Positions 12,083 through 25,249 are shown, numbered from the whole stretch's first letter. The stretch: DNA of 63,722 nt, filler included, from Folioceros fuciformis (GCA_049999805.1; 11 parts of 11 records of this genome joined end to end with filler, not necessarily neighbours in it), one strand, 5' to 3'. Numbers and translations are program-made. The notes: generated by a model not told the origin, from the letters alone.

Positions 12083-13660
12083 CTACTCCAACTCGTGCAC
12101 GGGGGCGATATTGTTGCCAGAGCTACTGGAGGACGGAGAGGAAGGGGAATCCCACTGATTGTCTGCCTTCGGGAGCATCTGTTCAGAGCTGTTCCTCTTG
12201 TTGAGTTTGTTGGAGAGGGGCAGAATGAGCAGCAAGAAGGCCAGAGATCCAACTCCGAAAGCAACTGCAGCAGCCCCAAGAACAATACCGGAGATGGCTC
12301 CTCTGGACAGAGTAACACCCGAGTAGCCGTGCTCATGGCCTGGCTGTGACAAGCTTGAATTGAGGTCCCCCGTGTCAAGGCCTGTTTGGGTAGGAGGAGG
12401 AGAGGATACAGAAACGGCTGCTGGGGGCACAGAAACATCCGAGATAATGTTCAACACCCTCACGTTGTCTATGACTGGCCAACATCCACCCTCAGGCGGT
12501 GTCAAGCTCTCGAAGGTGAGAGTGGTCCAATCACTCTCAGCTAGGAATGTGAACACGGGAGTGCCCCAGACAAGGTACTGACTCGAACCTGAGCCAGATA
12601 TGTTGTGTGATTGGGACTCCAAGCTGGATGGTGAGACACTGACTTGCACTGAAGCCTGGCTGACGTTAGAGCACTCTGGCGCTGCCACTTCGAAGACAAG
12701 GACGTAGAAGGATCCTGGTGTTGTGGGCACCACCTGGCTCAGAGCTCCTTTGTCTGAATTGCCATGGAGCAGCACACTTAGAGAACCCGGGCCCCCAGCA
12801 GCACCGCTGTAGACTTTGAGCGTCACTGTCCCGTTGGGGACACTCCAGAAACACAGACCGAAGATGTCATCTGAAGACTGCATCTCCACCCACAGATTAG
12901 CGTCCGTTATGCTGTCGTCCAGGTAGCTGGAAAGCTCAAATCCTCCATTTCGAACTATGTCATTCATGGTGGCCCCCGTAGTCTGTACAGAAAAGGAGCT
13001 GGAATTGACATAAGACGACCTTGGCACCACCGATACGACTTCGGTCATATTAGGCGGAAGTTCATACAATCCAGGGTCATCCATGCGGGCAAGAACACAG
13101 GAACGCCAGGGCCGCTTGGCGTCAGAATCCTGCATCCGATCTTTTGGATACAGCATGGCCAGGTAAAGGGGTCCTTTCTGACCGTTGTCACCCAAGCTGT
13201 CATGCGTCCTCACTCGCCCATCTTGAGCTCCCACCACCCAATATTGATCTGAAGAGTTTGTGCAAGCGGCTACTACAGCAGAATTGTCTGCAACGTTGGG
13301 CTGGAGGCACAGAGTCTGCTGGCTGTGGGGTTCCACGATAGTGATGCTGCTGGCGTTGTCATTCACACTCTCCACAATCCACTGCTGATTGGGTGAAGAT
13401 CCCTGGCAGCTCCCGAAGCCCACCACCTTCCCACTGTAAACCTCTGACGCGTCGGAGTCGTCCACCTCGAGACACCGACCAGGGCACGTGGGCATGGGCA
13501 CCTTGGTGTCCGCCATGAGCCAGCTCCAGCCCTCCACTTGTCTCCCAGAAATGAGCATTCCCAAAAGAACAAGCCCCCACAGGAACCCGCCCCGGGAAGA
13601 ACCGCTCCTGGGCCATGCCAGCCAGAACACTATTCCTCCGAAAGGTCCCCACGCCATCAA
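12083..13660 (-). CDS. Predicted type I membrane protein: signal peptide, ricin-B-like lectin, DUF642/galactose-binding-like domain, S/P stalk, TM helix, short tail; intronless
   Basis: Hydrophobic N-terminus; CLEV...C...NQQW and CLQ...C...DQYW (QxW ricin repeats); IVRNGGFE...LSQVVPTTPGSFYVLVF...TTLTFES...PVIDNV; TM GAISGIVLGAAAVAFGVGSLAFLLLILPL. Confidence 0.75.
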   Translation of the reverse strand: MMAWGPFGGIVFWLAWPRSGSSRGGFLWGLVLLGMLISGRQVEGWSWLMADTKVPMPTCPGRCLEVDDSDASEVYSGKVVGFGSCQGSSPNQQWIVESVNDNASSITIVEPHSQQTLCLQPNVADNSAVVAACTNSSDQYWVVGAQDGRVRTHDSLGDNGQKGPLYLAMLYPKDRMQDSDAKRPWRSCVLARMDDPGLYELPPNMTEVVSVVPRSSYVNSSSFSVQTTGATMNDIVRNGGFELSSYLDDSITDANLWVEMQSSDDIFGLCFWSVPNGTVTLKVYSGAAGGPGSLSVLLHGNSDKGALSQVVPTTPGSFYVLVFEVAAPECSNVSQASVQVSVSPSSLESQSHNISGSGSSQYLVWGTPVFTFLAESDWTTLTFESLTPPEGGCWPVIDNVRVLNIISDVSVPPAAVSVSSPPPTQTGLDTGDLNSSLSQPGHEHGYSGVTLSRGAISGIVLGAAAVAFGVGSLAFLLLILPLSNKLNKRNSSEQMLPKADNQWDSPSSPSSSSSGNNIAPVHELE

Positions 13661-14384
13661 GCCCAGCTCCAGTGTCGCAAGCTAGCAATGAGCCTAGCGA
13701 CAATTTAGTCGGTAAAGCCCTTCCTCTTCCGCGGGGCCTCAACCCATCAATTTCAATTACGTACTAGCAGTATCCGATGCTACTTCCACTCTCTGGAGCC
13801 CTTCCCCGCAGCCTGAATCCGCCATGCCACAACCTCCACTCACTACTGCTGCTGCTCCGGATTCCTACTCCTGGCATATATCACAAAAAGCAGCAAGCAG
13901 AGCACCAGCACAACCGACTGCATTTCCAGAACCAGGCAAGGAACGACGAGGAGCACAAGGAGCTCCACAAGCATGCGGAGGGCACAGCTGGCGATACACC
14001 GAGCACCAATTTCCGCACGAGGGAGATCCCTTCTCCGCCAGTCCACCGCTAGCTCACAATGCGATCTTCACGGTGAAGAAGGACGTAATGACCCACAGAT
14101 CTGGAAGCATGAGAATGCAGCTCCACATTACAGTGACGCGCAGCCCGCACGCACAGAGAGGGAAGAGCGCACAAAACAAAGGAAGGCAGAGGCGGTTGCA
14201 GAAATGGTGAGCGCTGACACTTTGAGCAGAAGTGAACAAGAGCAAAGGCGGTGGCTACCAAGCTGAGAGATATGGGGAGGTGGGGGCGCAGTTTGACGCA
14301 ATGGGGCGCCTCACGTGCAATATGCACGGTTTCCAGAAGCAGTCAGAGACCAGCTACAGGCCACGCCAAGACCAAGACCAAGAC

Positions 14385-14484
14385 NNNNNNNNNNNNNNNN
14401 NNNNNNNNNNNNNNNNNNNNNNNNNNNNTTAATTAATTAANNNNNNNNNNNNNNNNNNNNNNNNNNNNNNNNNNNNNNNNNNNN
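14385..14484. other. Artificial contig spacer
   Basis: N44-TTAATTAATTAA-N44. Confidence 0.99.
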
Positions 14485-16926
14485 AGGCAGCAGAACAATT
14501 ATGCCTCTAGCAGCAGTCAGAATGACTCAGAAAACTTGTTTGTCATGCAGCATATGCTTAACTCTGTGTCTGCTAATGGATCCAACAATGGTGAGATTGT
14601 GTGGTATGTGGACTCAGGAGCTTCGAACCACATGACATGCCATGGGGAGTGGTCCAAAGAAATGCAAGTGCTTGACAAACCTGGATATGTAGAAACTGGA
14701 GATGACACAACACATGCAATTGTGCATACAGGAACTGTACCTCTGAAGATGCAGGATGGCAAAGTGAAGTGCCTGGTAGATGTTCTTCACGTACCCAACA
14801 TCACAAAGAACTTGGTGTCAGTTGGGCAGATGGTTGAGCAAGGACTGCAGGTTAGATTTACACCTGCAGGACTCTTTGTTGAAGAGTGCAAGAAAGGCGG
14901 TCGCCTGATTGCTCAAGGACAGAAGGTTGGACGGATATTCACCTTGAACGTGGAGGTTCCTAAGCTGAAGTCAGCCATGTTTGCGAAGGGTACAAGGGTA
15001 GTGACAGACCTAGAGATGTGGCACAAACGCATTGGACATGTAAATGTGCAGAAGTTGAAGTCCATGCAGCATCAGAAGGTTGTCACAGGCATACCCAAGC
15101 TTACAGAAAATGGACTGCAAGGTATATGTGAAGCATGTCAACTTGGGAAACAGCCTAGGAATGCGTTCCCCCATGACAAACATGTCAGCAGATATGTGTT
15201 GGATGTTGTGCATTCAGATGTATGGGGTCCTACACAGACTGCATCAATCGAAGGCTGCAAGTACTATGTGACCTTCATTGACGACCACACAAGGAAGGTG
15301 TGGGTCTATTTCATGAAAGAAAAAAGTGAAGTGATCACTCATTTTCATACTTTCAAGGCCATGGTTGAGAAGCAGATAGGTAGGCACATCAAATGCCTAA
15401 GATCTGATGGAGGGGGAGAGTACTTCTCCAGAGAGTTCAGCAAATTCTTATCAGAACAGGGCATTCAACGGCAGTACTCATGTCGTTATACGCCACAACA
15501 AAATGGAGTTGCAGAGCGCAAGAACAGGCACATAGCAAAAGTGGCGAGAGCCTTGATGACAGAGAAGAAGATGCCTCACTACTATTGGGCTGAAGCTGTA
15601 AGCATAGCAGTGTACATCATGAACAGAACTCCCACAGCAGCGGTGCACAGTGTAACACCGGAGGAGAAGTTCACAGGGAAGAAACCTGACTTGTCACACT
15701 TAAAGGTATTTGGTTGCATTGCTTATGTCCATATTCCGGATGAGTTGCGGACTAAGCTTGATCCAAAAGCAGAAAAGTGTGTCTTCATTGGGTATTCTGT
15801 TACACAGAAAGGATACAGGTGCTACAATCCCAGTACACGGACTATGAGAGTAAGCAGAGACGTAGTCTTTGATGAAATGGGTAGCTGGTACTTTGAAGTA
15901 CAAGGAAGTAGTGTAGCTGATGTGCTTGAAACTGAGGTAACAAGCAATGCAGGTCAACAATCACAAGTGTTGAGTGGACCGCAAGCGTCATCAAACTCGA
16001 CAAATGTTCAGAATCCATGGAGTGGCAGGTTGCGAGGTAGTGTGAGTCCTACGAGCTGTACAACTGTGTCTCGCAAAGGGAAGGAAAAAGTCCAGGATTC
16101 AAAGATACCAGACCTAAGTGCAGGTGCGGATGATTCAAGCGACTCTGAGCAGAGCTTGGATGAGGAATTCGGTGTACCGAAAATCGAAACACCTGGTGCA
16201 AAAGAGGTTCAATCAGCCCCTGGAAGTGGTTCAATCCCACGGAGATCTGGAAGGCAGAAGGTTCCAATACAGCGGTTGACCTATGATAGCTATGTAGCTA
16301 GGCACCATGCCTATATGGCAAAGGTTGTACAGGATGTGGAACCAAGAAGCTTTGAAGAAGCTATTGGAGACACAAAGTGGGAACATGCTATGGATGAAGA
16401 AATGAATGCGTTAAATCAGAATGCAACATGGGACCTAGTACAACTACCTGAAGGCAAGAAACCAATAGGTTGCAAATGGGTGTACAAGGTCAAACACAAC
16501 GCAGATGGTAGTATCAACAGGTACAAGGCAAGGCTTGTGGCCAAGGGATATGCCCAGACATATGGAATAGATTTTGAGGAGACGTTCAGTCCAGTTGCCA
16601 AAATGGCAACAATTCGAATCGTGATCGCACTAGCGGCATCGAAAGGTTGGGTCCTACATCATATGGATGTGAAGAATGCGTTCTTACATGGAGAATTGCT
16701 GGAAGAAGTATACATGGACCAGCCACCAGGATATGAGGATTTGGATCATCCAAATCATGTGTGCAAGCTGAAAAAAACGTTGTACGGACTGAAGCAAGCC
16801 CCGAGGGCTTGGCATGAGCGTCTTGCTCAGCATCTTATTCACATCAGATTCAACATGGCAGATGCGGATCATTCGTTGTATGTGTGCAAAAGTACAAAAC
16901 GACTGGTCTTTGTGACCATTTATGTG
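14485..16926 (+). mobile_element. Ty1/Copia LTR retrotransposon pol fragment (protease, GAG-pre-integrase, integrase, RT N-half); the whole contig
   Basis: Stop-free frame across the contig: [18 protein letters not shown]...[68 protein letters not shown]. Integrase-before-RT order is Copia. Confidence 0.97.
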
Positions 16927-17026
16927 NNNNNNNNNNNNNNNNNNNNNNNNNNNNNNNNNNNNNNNNNNNNTTAATTAATTAANNNNNNNNNNNNNNNNNN
17001 NNNNNNNNNNNNNNNNNNNNNNNNNN
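16927..17026. other. Artificial contig spacer
   Basis: N44-TTAATTAATTAA-N44. Confidence 0.99.
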
Positions 17027-18129
17027 GGGAGGAATAACCCAAAGAGAGGCAAAGGATAGGGAGGAATAACCCAAAGACAGGCAAAGACCGAAAAGGGATA
17101 GTGCCCTTGAATATCATACCCAAAACTACCTGGTGCTTCTATAGTGTCGTGATGAGAAATGACAAAAGGCCTACGTACAATGTATGCCGATAAAGGCATG
17201 TGACTTGGTCGTCCTTGTTCTAAAGACTATATTGGCAAACGCCCTTTGCAAAGGGATGGATACACATTGTCAAAAGAAGGTTACCACCAACGAAAGAACT
17301 TCTTCTACTTGTACAACAATCTTCCACCTTCCATCGTGTTTGAATCCTTGAGAAGATCAATTGGTGTTGATCTTATTCTTGGGGGACTGGACTCGGGACT
17401 ATATTATCTCATGATCAAGTGATCTCCTAGTAAGGAGTTGGAATCTTTGCTAGTGGAGAGATTTGAAAATGGAGATCAGCTAATTCTTGTCTCGAATAAA
17501 GTAGGAAGACGAGACACTAGGCTATCACAACAATTTTAACAATCGGATTATTGAATATGGGTTAGTCCTTGGCCCCTAAAGATTAGCAAAAAATGACACC
17601 CACAAAACTAATTAAGCTTTTAAGGGTTAACTTGAAAAAGTAGAGGGATCTACAAAGGACACAATTGTGACTGGAAAAGCAAGAGGTTCAAAAATGATAT
17701 GTTTGAAACCTAAGGTTGTGGGATTTGAAAAAATGGGGCCTGAAAATAAAATTGTAACAACAAGAATTAAATCTAAGCATGAGAATGCGACATCTACTGA
17801 TCAACACTTGCCCTTTGTGCAGTTAAAAGTTGCTACTAGCCTTAAAGTGAGAAGGAATCCACAAAATGCTTCCTATAGCATGGCGCAAGCAAGGTGAAGA
17901 ATTTTGAAAAATTCGACCTTACTTACATTGAAGATGCCTCTATAGTGTTGTTCCACATGTCGACTTGTGCTGCTATTGGTGCTAGGAGTGCTTGTCTACG
18001 AGGGTGGTACTTTGAGCTTCTGTCATTCATGTTGGAGGGTGAATCAAAAACATGATTGAATGGACACTTTGGGAAAGCGCAAAAGAAAGAGGATTAGAGC
18101 AAACAAAATAGCAAATCTAGATAGCTATG

Positions 18130-20095
18130 TCAATAAGCCTAAGTTAAGTAATCGCCAATCGCCTTGAAGTAAGAGAGAAGTTTTTCCCTGAGTTTGGGAA
18201 CACTAAGAAGTTGGCGGATATCGTAGTAAGAGCCTTGAAACATCTGGATCTAAATGTTGCGAGTGGCCATACACTGGCCAAGGATGTGGTGACAAGTTTC
18301 TTCTGAAGGATCCCTTTTGCATTTCCGACAAAAAGGATCCACTGCAATGTTGAATCTCCTAAAGTAAGCCCCTATAGCCATATGCCCAGTCCGAAGCTGG
18401 GTGAGAAATGATCAGAGCTTACGGTCATGGAGACCAAGGCGTTGTAGCACTGAGGCCGAAGGGCCGCCAAGCACCACCCTCTTAAGCGTAGAAGCCTTAG
18501 TTGAGGAAACCCACCGTAAATGCCACTCCTATAGACTTGCAGCATGAATTTGCTAGCGAGCTCTGGACACTGATAGGATCCGGTCATCACGGGAAATGGG
18601 AAGAAGAGTGGCAGCCTTGGTGGTTACATCTGCATGCTCATTACCAACTATATTGTGATGGCCCGGAATCCAGTGGAGATTAAGGGAAACCTCCGGATGA
18701 GCAACCTAGAAGGCATGGAGAGATGTCCTAGCTTGGAGAGATATGGCTTGGGCTGGGCGAGCCGAAGTGTCCGTTAAAGACATGATAGCTGCTTGATTAT
18801 CAAGGAAAATTGTAATTGATGAAATCCCAGGGATGGAAGCAAAGAGGGTGGGCAGGTATGAAATTGCTTCGACCACAGAGAGGAGTTCTGCATCATAAAC
18901 CCCGTAGTATGTTTCTAAACCAAAAGATAATTGATGGACAATATCCCCATTGAAGTAGAAAACAGCCGCGCCCCTGGCATGACCATCTAGAAGAGAACCA
19001 TCAGTGTAAATGGCAAGCGTATCATGAGTCAAAAGATGTAGGGAATGTGAGGCAATAGCAGAAGTGCGAGATTGTAAAATTATGATGGTTGTGGGTAAAG
19101 AAAGAGGAGAGGCCTAGGGAGGCACGAGACGAGGAAAAATAGTCTCAATGGCAGTGGAGGTGGGCAGTCCTAAAACGGAGTACAGAGTACTAGGGGAAAA
19201 GAGTGTGAGGCGACTGCGGATAGCATTGTGGTAGCATTTTTTGTAGTTAGTTGTAGGAAGAAAGACTTAATGAATGGGGTGAGAGGGAGGGCAGGAGACG
19301 TTGCGGAGGAGAGAACGGAGAGAATGGCGTTGGAGGTGCAACTCCGTGGGCAGAAGAAAAGCTTCGAATTCCAGGGCATCAGTGGAGGTAATTCGAAACG
19401 CACCAGTAATGGCCCTATAGGCTAGACGTTAGACCCATTGGAGGTGTTGAATCTGTGTACAACCTCCGTTGAACCAGACATTTCAACGGTAATCGAGCTT
19501 GGGCAGGACAACACTGATGTATAATTGTCGAAGAAGCTTGGCATTGAGGCCCCAAACTGAATTCCCAAGAGAGATTATAGCTGACAAAGTACGCATTGCG
19601 GAAGCTGAAACCTGATTAACATGCGTGTTCCAAGTTAACTTGGAATCCAAATAGAAGCCCAAAAACCTAATACACTCGGGGGGGAGTGATAAGGGAACCA
19701 TCAAGTAACGAAAGAGTATATTCCTTTGTTGATTCCTTACGCTTCAGGGAAAAATGAATAAGTTCAAACTTATTAGAATCAAACTCCACGAGGTGCGTGG
19801 AGGCCCACTCCGATGCCACACGAAGCATAGCTTGAAGTTTTTTTGTAGACTTTTTGCATGAAGGAGCAGTGACATATGCCCCCGTGTCATCAATCCAGCC
19901 AGTGCCACCACCCATGGTTTGAAGTTGAGTGATGAGATCAGAAGTAAAGAATAGGAAAAGAATAGGCGAGATTGGCGAACCCTGGGGTAACTCAGAACTG
20001 ATGGGAGCAAGAGTGTCATATTGACCATCCAGGCAAAGTGTCGTCGCCCGCTGAGACAAATCGGGGAGAATATCATAGAAATCAACCAAGTTGCA
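18130..20095 (-). mobile_element. Decayed, 5'-truncated LINE with RT, RNase H and CCHC finger (Tad/I/R1-group-like)
   Basis: LPQGSPISPILF, GWIDDT, KFELIHF, IRFLGFYLDSKLTWNTHV, WGLNAKLLRQLYISVVLPKLDY; RNase H IYTDGS...VYDAEL...FLDNQAAI...HWIPGHHNIVGNEHAD; QLRTGH...CRKC...ETCHHILGQC. Contains frameshifts and stops. Confidence 0.88.
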
Positions 20096-20241
20096 AACAT
20101 GATTAACCTATAACATTATGATTGATATGAACATGATTAATGTAGACATATTTTAAAAATGCTAATGTTGCAACAACTTACAACAAAGGGATGGGGACCT
20201 GAGTTTCAAAACAAACAGCGATAACTGTTAAACACATGCTA

Positions 20242-20473
20242 AAATCCAATCTAAACCTTTGCAAGCTCAGAAGGGTACATTTGTATCTTGGTAGACTTAG
20301 ACCATGATTTCACAATTGTTTACCAACCCTAAAACATAAAACCTAAACCCCTTTGTTAAATCCAATCTAAACCTTTGCAAGCTCACAAGGGTACATTTGT
20401 ATCTTGGTAGACTTAGACCATGATTTCACAATTGTTTACCAACCCTAAAACATAAAATCTAAACCCCTTTGTT
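20242..20473. repeat. Tandem duplication, 2 x 116 bp, near identical
   Basis: AAATCCAATCTAAACCTTTGCAAGCTC...CTAAACCCCTTTGTT starts at 20242 and at 20358. Confidence 0.9.
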
Positions 20474-22272
20474 CATGCTCATCAGTATGCCACTTCTAAG
20501 AAAAAAATCGAGTAAGAAGCCTCTTGTGGTTTTTATTCAACAAGTAAGATTCATTATTAGGATTAGGCAATTTATTTCTAACTCTCACCTTTGATAGGGC
20601 CATATAAGTATGATGCTAAAGAGATGCATCAATGAAACCAATGCTAACTATGAGATTTGGATGGCATATGAAGGATGATAATCACTAGATATGTGCAAGT
20701 AGTTGCAATGGTGCTTATACAAAAGAGAAGATGGTAGAACTATGAGGGCTATTTAGATGTAAAAGGCTTCACATACAAAGCATTACAAACATTTTTCCTT
20801 ACTAGCCTATACTATCTACTTCACATACTTTGTGCCCTCTATTATCTTGTTTATATCAAGGTCCACCTCTTACATCAAGTAGAATACATACATACATACC
20901 CTCCTTGCCAACCAAGCCATATTGTATAAAGACCAACTCATAAACTTTAGAAGTATTATAAAGCAATGAATACTAGTGTTCCTCGAGTCTCAACCCATCT
21001 ATGAAAGAGCCTAAGTTACATGAAAAAAATCCTATACCTTGAACTCCAAAACCTACAAAATCTATGGCAACATACCTCTAAATCTAAGTGTGTTGGCATG
21101 CCATATGACCATAATGAGTATATGAAAAAGAACAAGATTTTTTCTCAAGATAATTTCAAACCTCTAAAATATTCCTTATAGCATGAAACATAGCACACTC
21201 ATCAATGGTGGAGGCTGCACATAAACTTTGGCTCTTGCAGGTTTTGATATCCGGAAGCCAATGATCGCATGGCTTGCATAAGGGAGACTGAGGGGACATT
21301 GTGTTTTCTACACAAGAGTCTTGACACATGCGGTGCTGTACAGCACTTTGGATTTATTTTATTTTATTTCCAGAATTATCGGCGATGCAGTTTCTCCGAG
21401 CCCTCCCACGGACTGGGGTGGAAAAGGTCCATATGGATGGTTTGACTGGGAGCCAGTGGCCTGTGTACATACATATGCGGGGATGTGGTAGCAGGACGGC
21501 GTGGTGGTGGCCAGGGCCCCAGGGAGACACACGGTCCGCGATGTCGGCTTCATTACTGTACTGTACTCATAGGGGCAAAGGTATATATTCAAACAAAATA
21601 TCTCCCGGTGCTCCAGAAATTGGCCCGCAAGATACGGCGAGGGACGAGGCCATGGATCGTGATGCAGTCGTGAGCGAAGTTGTGACCCTTCTCCAGTTTT
21701 GGTACCACATGGCCTAGTTGAGATCCAGATCATCCATGGGAGTTTAGGACTGATTGGCTGCCCCGGGGACTGTGTTTGCGCGGGCTCGCCGTGGGAGGGC
21801 CTCGGTTGAGTCTTGTTTACATGATGTTTTGTGGGCACTTAGTGTAGATGGCGGACATTTAGGTGAGGACTCGGGTGGATCCCCACACGTGGCTCGAGTC
21901 ACGCGAGGGACTGATCTCGCATTCACGACCTGGTTGCGTTTTCATGGCTACGCTGTGCGGGTGCTACTGGTGGAGAGGCTCCCTGTGAGGTGTTGAGCTC
22001 GAACCACCTGACTTGCAGTTACGGTGGCATCGCCGAGCCTGTCGTCAGGTTGCCGGGGTCAATCCGGTCGGCACAGTAGCAACAGGTTGCTTGTTACCCC
22101 TCCCTGTCTTGCGGTTTCCCTCCTGCTGTGCCACTGCTGTCTCTGAGGTAGCTCAAGAGGAGAGAGTGCGGGACAGGATTTCACCAGCTTCTCCGTCTCT
22201 CCCTCCCCATTCTTCCAGCGCCGCCCATCTGAGCGCCTGCAGGCTCCATACTGCTCCTGAGCAGCAGCAGCT

Positions 22273-24355
22273 ATGGTGCTCGCTCAAATCACCACGCCTC
22301 CGGCCGAATCCGTGGAGCGAGAGGCTGCGGGAGTAGACCCGCACAGCTGCCTCTTCGGCTCCCGTTATGTTACCGTGGGCCTTCCCAAGTAGGATTGTAA
22401 TTCTTCTATTGCTGCGTTCAACGTTGTGGTGGGTTTTCCTCATTGCTGAACATCCTGCTGCGGGAATTGTGATCATGAAGGTATGCTATGCTGCGGGAAG
22501 GGATTCCCAAGGAGGCTGCCCACCAGGTCATCAAGGATGAGCTTATGCTGGACGGAAATCCCAGGCTCAACCTGGCGTCCTTTGTCACCACTTGGATGGA
22601 GCCTGAGTGCGACAAGCTGATCCAGGACTCGCTCAACAAGAACTACATTGACATGGACGAGTATCCTGTCACAACGGAAATGCAGGTGATGGCCGATCTG
22701 GGGTTTGGTGCAGGCCTCGCCTCAGGATGTGCCTGCCTCTCCGTCACCCGCTGCCTTGTCGTCTTGGTTGGCAGGATCGGTGCGTTAACATGATAGCCCG
22801 CCTCTTCAATGCTCCCGTGGGAAACAATGAGCAGGCGGTTGGGGTGGGCACGGTGGGATCGTCCGAAGCCATCATGCTCGCTGGGCTGGCTTTCAAGAGG
22901 AAGTGGCAGAACAAGCGCAAAGCCGAGGGCAAACCGTTTGACAAGCCCAACATTGTGACCGGAGCCAATGTGCAGGTAAAGAATCGAGGTTAGCGCGCGC
23001 ATCGTGGCTGTCTGGGCTGTCTGGGCTGTGATCCAACAGGTTGAAGGTGACAGGTGTGCTGGGAGAAATTTGCCCGCTACTTCGAGGTGGAATTGAAGGA
23101 TGTGAAGCTCAGGAGGGACTACTACGTGATGGATCCAGCTCAGGCGGTGGAACTGGTGGATGAGAACACCATCTGTGTTTGCGCTATTCTAGGATCAACT
23201 TACAATGGCGAGTTCGAGGATGTGAAGTTGCTCAACGACCTACTGTCCAAAAAGAACGAGGAAACCGGGTGAGCCGAGCCTTAATTGCTTCGCTGCCGGC
23301 ACTTGTTGTGATACTCTGTCCTTGCCCTTGCACGGTTGTCGTCTCACTCACGCAATCGGCTTGAACTTGAATGCAGTTGGGACACTCCGATTCACGTGGA
23401 TGCTGCCAGTGGAGGATTTATTGCTCCATTCTTGTATCCCGATCTGGAGTGGGATTTCCGCCTGCCTCTCGTCAAGAGCATCAACGTGAGCGGGCACAAG
23501 TATGGTCTGGTGTACGCGGGAATTGGATGGGCCCTTTGGCGGAGCCGGGAGGACCTTCCGGAAGAGCTCATCTTTCATGTCAACTACCTGGGAGCTGACC
23601 AGCCCACCTTCACGCTCAATTTCTCCAAGGGTATGACTTCTGTGACAAACATTTCACACAGGCTCGGGTTATTATAGGCTCAGGGCCTTCCAATGTGATG
23701 ATCGCTGATCTAAAATTGGAGTGCAAATGACAGGAGCCAGCCAGATCATCGCTCAGTACTACCAGCTTGTTCGTCTGGGATTCGAGGCAAGTGACCCTAA
23801 GTTTGGAGCAGTGCCGGCTGGAGATGAATGAATCGTTGTGTCACTCATGGTGCACCAATCTTGCTGCAGGGATACAAGAGCATCATGCAGAATTGCAACG
23901 ATAATGCCAGGTACTTGCGGGAAGGATTGGAGACGCTGGGAAAATTCGACATCCTGTCCAAGCCCGTTGGAGTTCCTCTCGTAGCCTTCGCTCTGAAGGA
24001 TAAGCGCAGATTTAACGAATACCAGATATCCGACCACTTGCGAATGTATGGCTGGATCCTTCCAGCTTACACCATGGCCCCAGATGCGCAGGACGTGAGT
24101 CTGCTGCGTGCAGTGGTGAGAGAGGACTTCAGCCGGCAGTTTGTGAACAGACTTGTCGGCGACATCAAGAAGACTCTGGAGTATCTGGAAAGGTCAGTGC
24201 CTACAGTGGAGAGAAATCTAGTACCCAGCGACTCTGGTGCCACGGAGGAAGAAAAGGTGAAGCCGTACTCGGTCTTCGATCAGCTTCTCAGTTCCCAGCG
24301 AGCATTCAAGGTCTGGAAGAAGCATGCACTCCACAAAACCAACGGAGTTTGCTGA
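22273..24355 (+). CDS. GAD: Glutamate decarboxylase, multi-exon
   Basis: Exon 1 MVLAQ...[12 protein letters not shown] (not in ORF track), [35 protein letters not shown] lysine motif NVSGHKY and a CaM-binding-type tail [16 protein letters not shown]. Confidence 0.96.
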
Positions 24356-25249
24356 TCCACAGCGTGGCCCAGGGCCACCCATGTCTGTGATCAGGGCGTT
24401 TTGAGTATTCACCAACTTCACCACCCAGCTTCTCTCCTCCAGCCCGACAGCAGACCAGCATATACTGTAATGGTCGTCATATCAAACTATGTAGCCGTTC
24501 CACCTACCTGGCTACAAGGACCACCAGGTGCTAGCTTCACACGTTGTCTTCCAGCATGGGAATTGAGAAGTTGACGAAACTGTCCACCACCTCGTAACTG
24601 CCACCACTGACGATGGAACCCACCCCAGGTGATCTTGAAGAAACTGCCCACGTACATGGTAACCGCCCATGGTGACTGTTTGGCAGCTGCGTACGGATGC
24701 CAACCAACAGTTCATTGCCACCACCTTTCTAGTTCTCCCAGAGGAAGCCTGTTTCTCCACGCCACAGGTGAGACTCCCCAGTCCATCACATCAGAGCAGA
24801 ACTGGGGACGAACAGTTGGGGAGTCGGGGGCGATCCAGCATCGTTTTCAAATCTGGCAGACGCCAAGTCACACTGACGGATCGATCTACTCTGTCACCTC
24901 CCGCCAGCCTGAAAGCGGTCTCTTACCGGTCTTGCTCCTGCCCATGTCTTTTGCTCTTTTCCTCTGCATGTCCTTTGCATGTATGCCTGGTTCAGGCTCA
25001 ATGCCTTTGTATAGGGAAAGCCACCCATTGGCACGCTGCCATATAGCCTTCGGCACGGAGTCCCAAACTTCTAGAAGGGCTCATACCACGTATGTAAAGA
25101 CCCAACTTTTCGTGGTCATTGTAGGTGGCCAACAACTTCCGTATAACACTGGCCAACAACTTCCATATAACATCTTTCAGTGCAATGTAAAGGGAAGGAG
25201 GACTCCATTGAAAAATAAGATGGAGAATCCATGTAACTTCTTTCAAGTA

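Noticed and set aside
21328-22250. GC-rich stretch with several overlapping ORFs upstream of GAD
   Set aside because: No consistent frame, motif or splice pattern that I could support.
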